From NCBI RefSeq assembly GCF_001194135.2, contig NC_069008.1, positions 9,052,391 through 9,116,390 of the forward strand: a stretch of DNA of 64,000 nt. The letters run 5' to 3'. Both the position numbers and the translations under genes were made by a program. Every line of letters starts with the position of its first letter. Position 1 is the first letter of the stretch. Shown one piece after another: positions 61,590-64,000 of this stretch. Origin of the DNA: Octopus bimaculoides. Lineage: Eukaryota. A model generated the notes under the pieces. It worked only from the letters and a program-made list of their open reading frames with translations. It made no database searches and was not told the DNA's origin.

Positions 61590-63985
61590 TGCAAACTTTC
61601 AGTTATCAAGCAACTTGCAAAGATTCCATGATGCTACAGAAAATATCAATCTTGACCCAAACAATCTATGGGAAGATTTCAAAAGAAAAGTATTTCAGGC
61701 TGCAAGTTTGTCAGTGGGATTTAAATCACATAGGTCCAGAGATTGGTTCTCAGATAGATCAGCAGAAATTCATGATCTACTTTTAGTAAAACAAGACTTA
61801 GGCCATACACTTCTTTCTCAGTCCTTGAACCCCAACTCAAATGAAGCTTGCTGAAAGGGAAAGTGCAGACTGCTCTAAGGAAAATTAAACAGGAATGGTG
61901 GAATGATAGAACAAAGGGGGCACAAGAAGCAGCTGATAGAAATGATACTAAGGGTTTGTACTCTTATTTTAAGGAGGTATATGACCCCAAATCTTCTTCA
62001 ATAGTTCCAGTGAGAACAGCAAATGGATGTTTGCTTCTGACTGACACTACTTCTATTCATAAGTGCTGGATAGAACATTTTTCTGCACTTTGGAATAGAC
62101 CATCATCCGTTGACATGGGGATGATAGAAAAAATGGAACACCTTCCAGTTATAGAAAAGATGGCATTTGAACCAACTTTAAATGACATTTATTTAGCTGT
62201 GAATAAGCTGAATAACAATAAGTCTCCAGGGTCTGATGGAATCTGTGCAGAAGTTTTGAAATATGAGGATGACAAAATGTTTGAACTCTTAAATATATTA
62301 ATTTGTCGCTGTTTGAGAACTGAGAAAGTGCCTCAAGACCAGATTGGTGCCATTTTAGTCTCCATGTATAAATTGGGGCCAAAGGATCTGTGTGGTAATT
62401 TTTGTGGGATTTTGCTTTTGTCTGAGGTTCGAAAGGTACTAGCCCACAGTGTGGTTTTCGTTCTTCCAGGGGCACAGCTGATTGTATCTTTACTGTCAGA
62501 CAATTACATGAAAAGTGCATTGAACAGAATCTTGCTCAATACCATTGCTTTGTTGATTTGAGCAAAGTATTCAGTACTGTTAATTGAAATGCTCTGTGGC
62601 TAATTCTAAGGAAAATAGGTTGCCCAGGAAAATTTGTAAACATGATCAGGGCTTTGCATCAAGATATAAAAGCTAGAGTTAATTTTGGTGGTAGGCTCTC
62701 TGAATCTTTTGCTGTGGAAAATGGAGTAAAGCAAGGAGACCTTGATGCACCCACCCTCTTTGCAATATACTTTGATGTTGTGTTGTCACATGCTTTTCAA
62801 AACTCTGAGGAGGGTATTTACATTAAATATCAAACAGGGAATGTTTTCAATCTGACCAGACTGAAATTCAAAACGAAGGTTTTTACTTCACTCATTAGGG
62901 AACTTTTGTACTTTGATGATTGCGATCTTGTCAATCATTCTGAAACAGGTCTGCAATCTCTTGTATCTGCATTTGACTTGACTTGTGGTGATTTTGGCTT
63001 GACTATCAACTTGAAAAAAACAGTTGTAATGCATCAACCTGTGTGTGGTGCTGTTTGTAAGCCCCACTAAAATTTTTGTTAAGGGAAAGTTGCTTGAGGT
63101 TGTTGATTCGTTCGTCTACCTTGGAAGCTCTGTTCAAAATGATGGAAATCTTGATACAGAAATACAGCTGTGAATTCAAAGGGCAGCAAAGGCATTTGGT
63201 GGCTTGGAGTCACGCGTTTGATGCCAGCAACATATAAATAAGAATACAAAGCTGGCTCTTTATAAATTATTTGTCTTACCATCCCTGTTGTATTCCTGTG
63301 GAACTTGGACTTGTTATGAAAGGCATTTTAAACTGTTAGAACAATTCCACCAAAAATGCCTTCATCACATTAAAAAAATTAAATGGAGTTCTTTTCCTCC
63401 AAATAGATGTCCTTACATCTGCAGGCATCAACTGAATTAAAGCTATGATTTTGAGGAACCAAATGGAATAGTGTGGCCCTATTGTTCAAATGGCAGATGA
63501 ATGCATGGTGAAACAGCTGTTTTATGGTGAGCATGCAGAGGGGAAACGCTATCAGTGTAAACATAAAAAAGGGTTTAAGGATGGCATAAGGACTACTATG
63601 AAGTCACTTCGAATGGTTCCAGAAGATATAGAAACCCTTGCTTCGGATTGAGTTGGATGGTGAATAAAGGTGGGCTTGAATCTTATCTGTGAATGCATGG
63701 AAAACAAACCTCCACCACCTATTCTGCTTATATGTCTGTGCACACCATTGAATGCAGTGTGTGCCAGAAGATCTGCAAATCCAATGGAGGCCTCAAAAGA
63801 TATTTTAAGATCCACAAAGTGCAGAACTTATCGGCAGGTCCAAATCAGAGCTGCAATCCATGTGGGTGTCTTTTCAGAACATTGTCTAGTTTGAAAAGCC
63901 ACATCAGACGCCATGAAAGGGCTAAAGTGTAGCTACAGGAGGTGGTCAAACTCTGTGTAAGGAGTAGACAACCACCATGTATATA
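61590..63985 (+). mobile_element. 5'-truncated, decayed RTE-clade LINE with C-terminal C2H2 zinc fingers, in sense orientation within the FLOT2 intron
   Basis: LWEDFKRKVFQAA...DWF; KSPGSDGICAEVLK; GVKQGDLDAPTLF; LLYFDDCDL; INLKKTVVMHQP; FVYLGS; ends CSVCQKICKSNGGLKRYFKIH...CNPCGCLFRTLSSLKSHIRRH. Many stops and frameshifts. Confidence 0.92.
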
Positions 63986-64000
63986 TATATATATATATAT

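Overview
AT-rich, microsatellite-dense, gapped eukaryotic genomic DNA. The SINE/LINE repertoire and repeat style point to an octopus-type (coleoid cephalopod) draft assembly; this is inference. The only clearly intact protein-coding gene is flotillin-2 on the + strand. Four consecutive coding exons with canonical AG/GT boundaries and matching phases are visible (50668-50749, 57460-57674, 59134-59366, 61142-61476). Its canonical first coding exon and its 3' exons are not visible in the window. The rest is mostly transposon debris: a decayed CR1-like LINE, a Gypsy LTR element, several RTE LINE pieces, a near full-length mellifera-type mariner, a Tc1 element, hAT, mariner and piggyBac-like MITEs, two fold-back elements with telomere-like cores, Helitron-like pieces and many tRNA-derived SINEs. 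Less obvious signals are a CpG-decayed 5S rRNA copy abutting a SINE, tandem minimal hammerhead-ribozyme-like folds in Penelope-like remnants, a perfect 23-bp pre-miRNA-like hairpin, a candidate 22-nt micro-exon, a canonical CTCF motif, several intronic inverted repeats, and a minisatellite that multiplies the branch-point/polypyrimidine unit of a FLOT2 acceptor. No prokaryotic-type features (CRISPR, operons) are present. All alignments and folds were done by eye.
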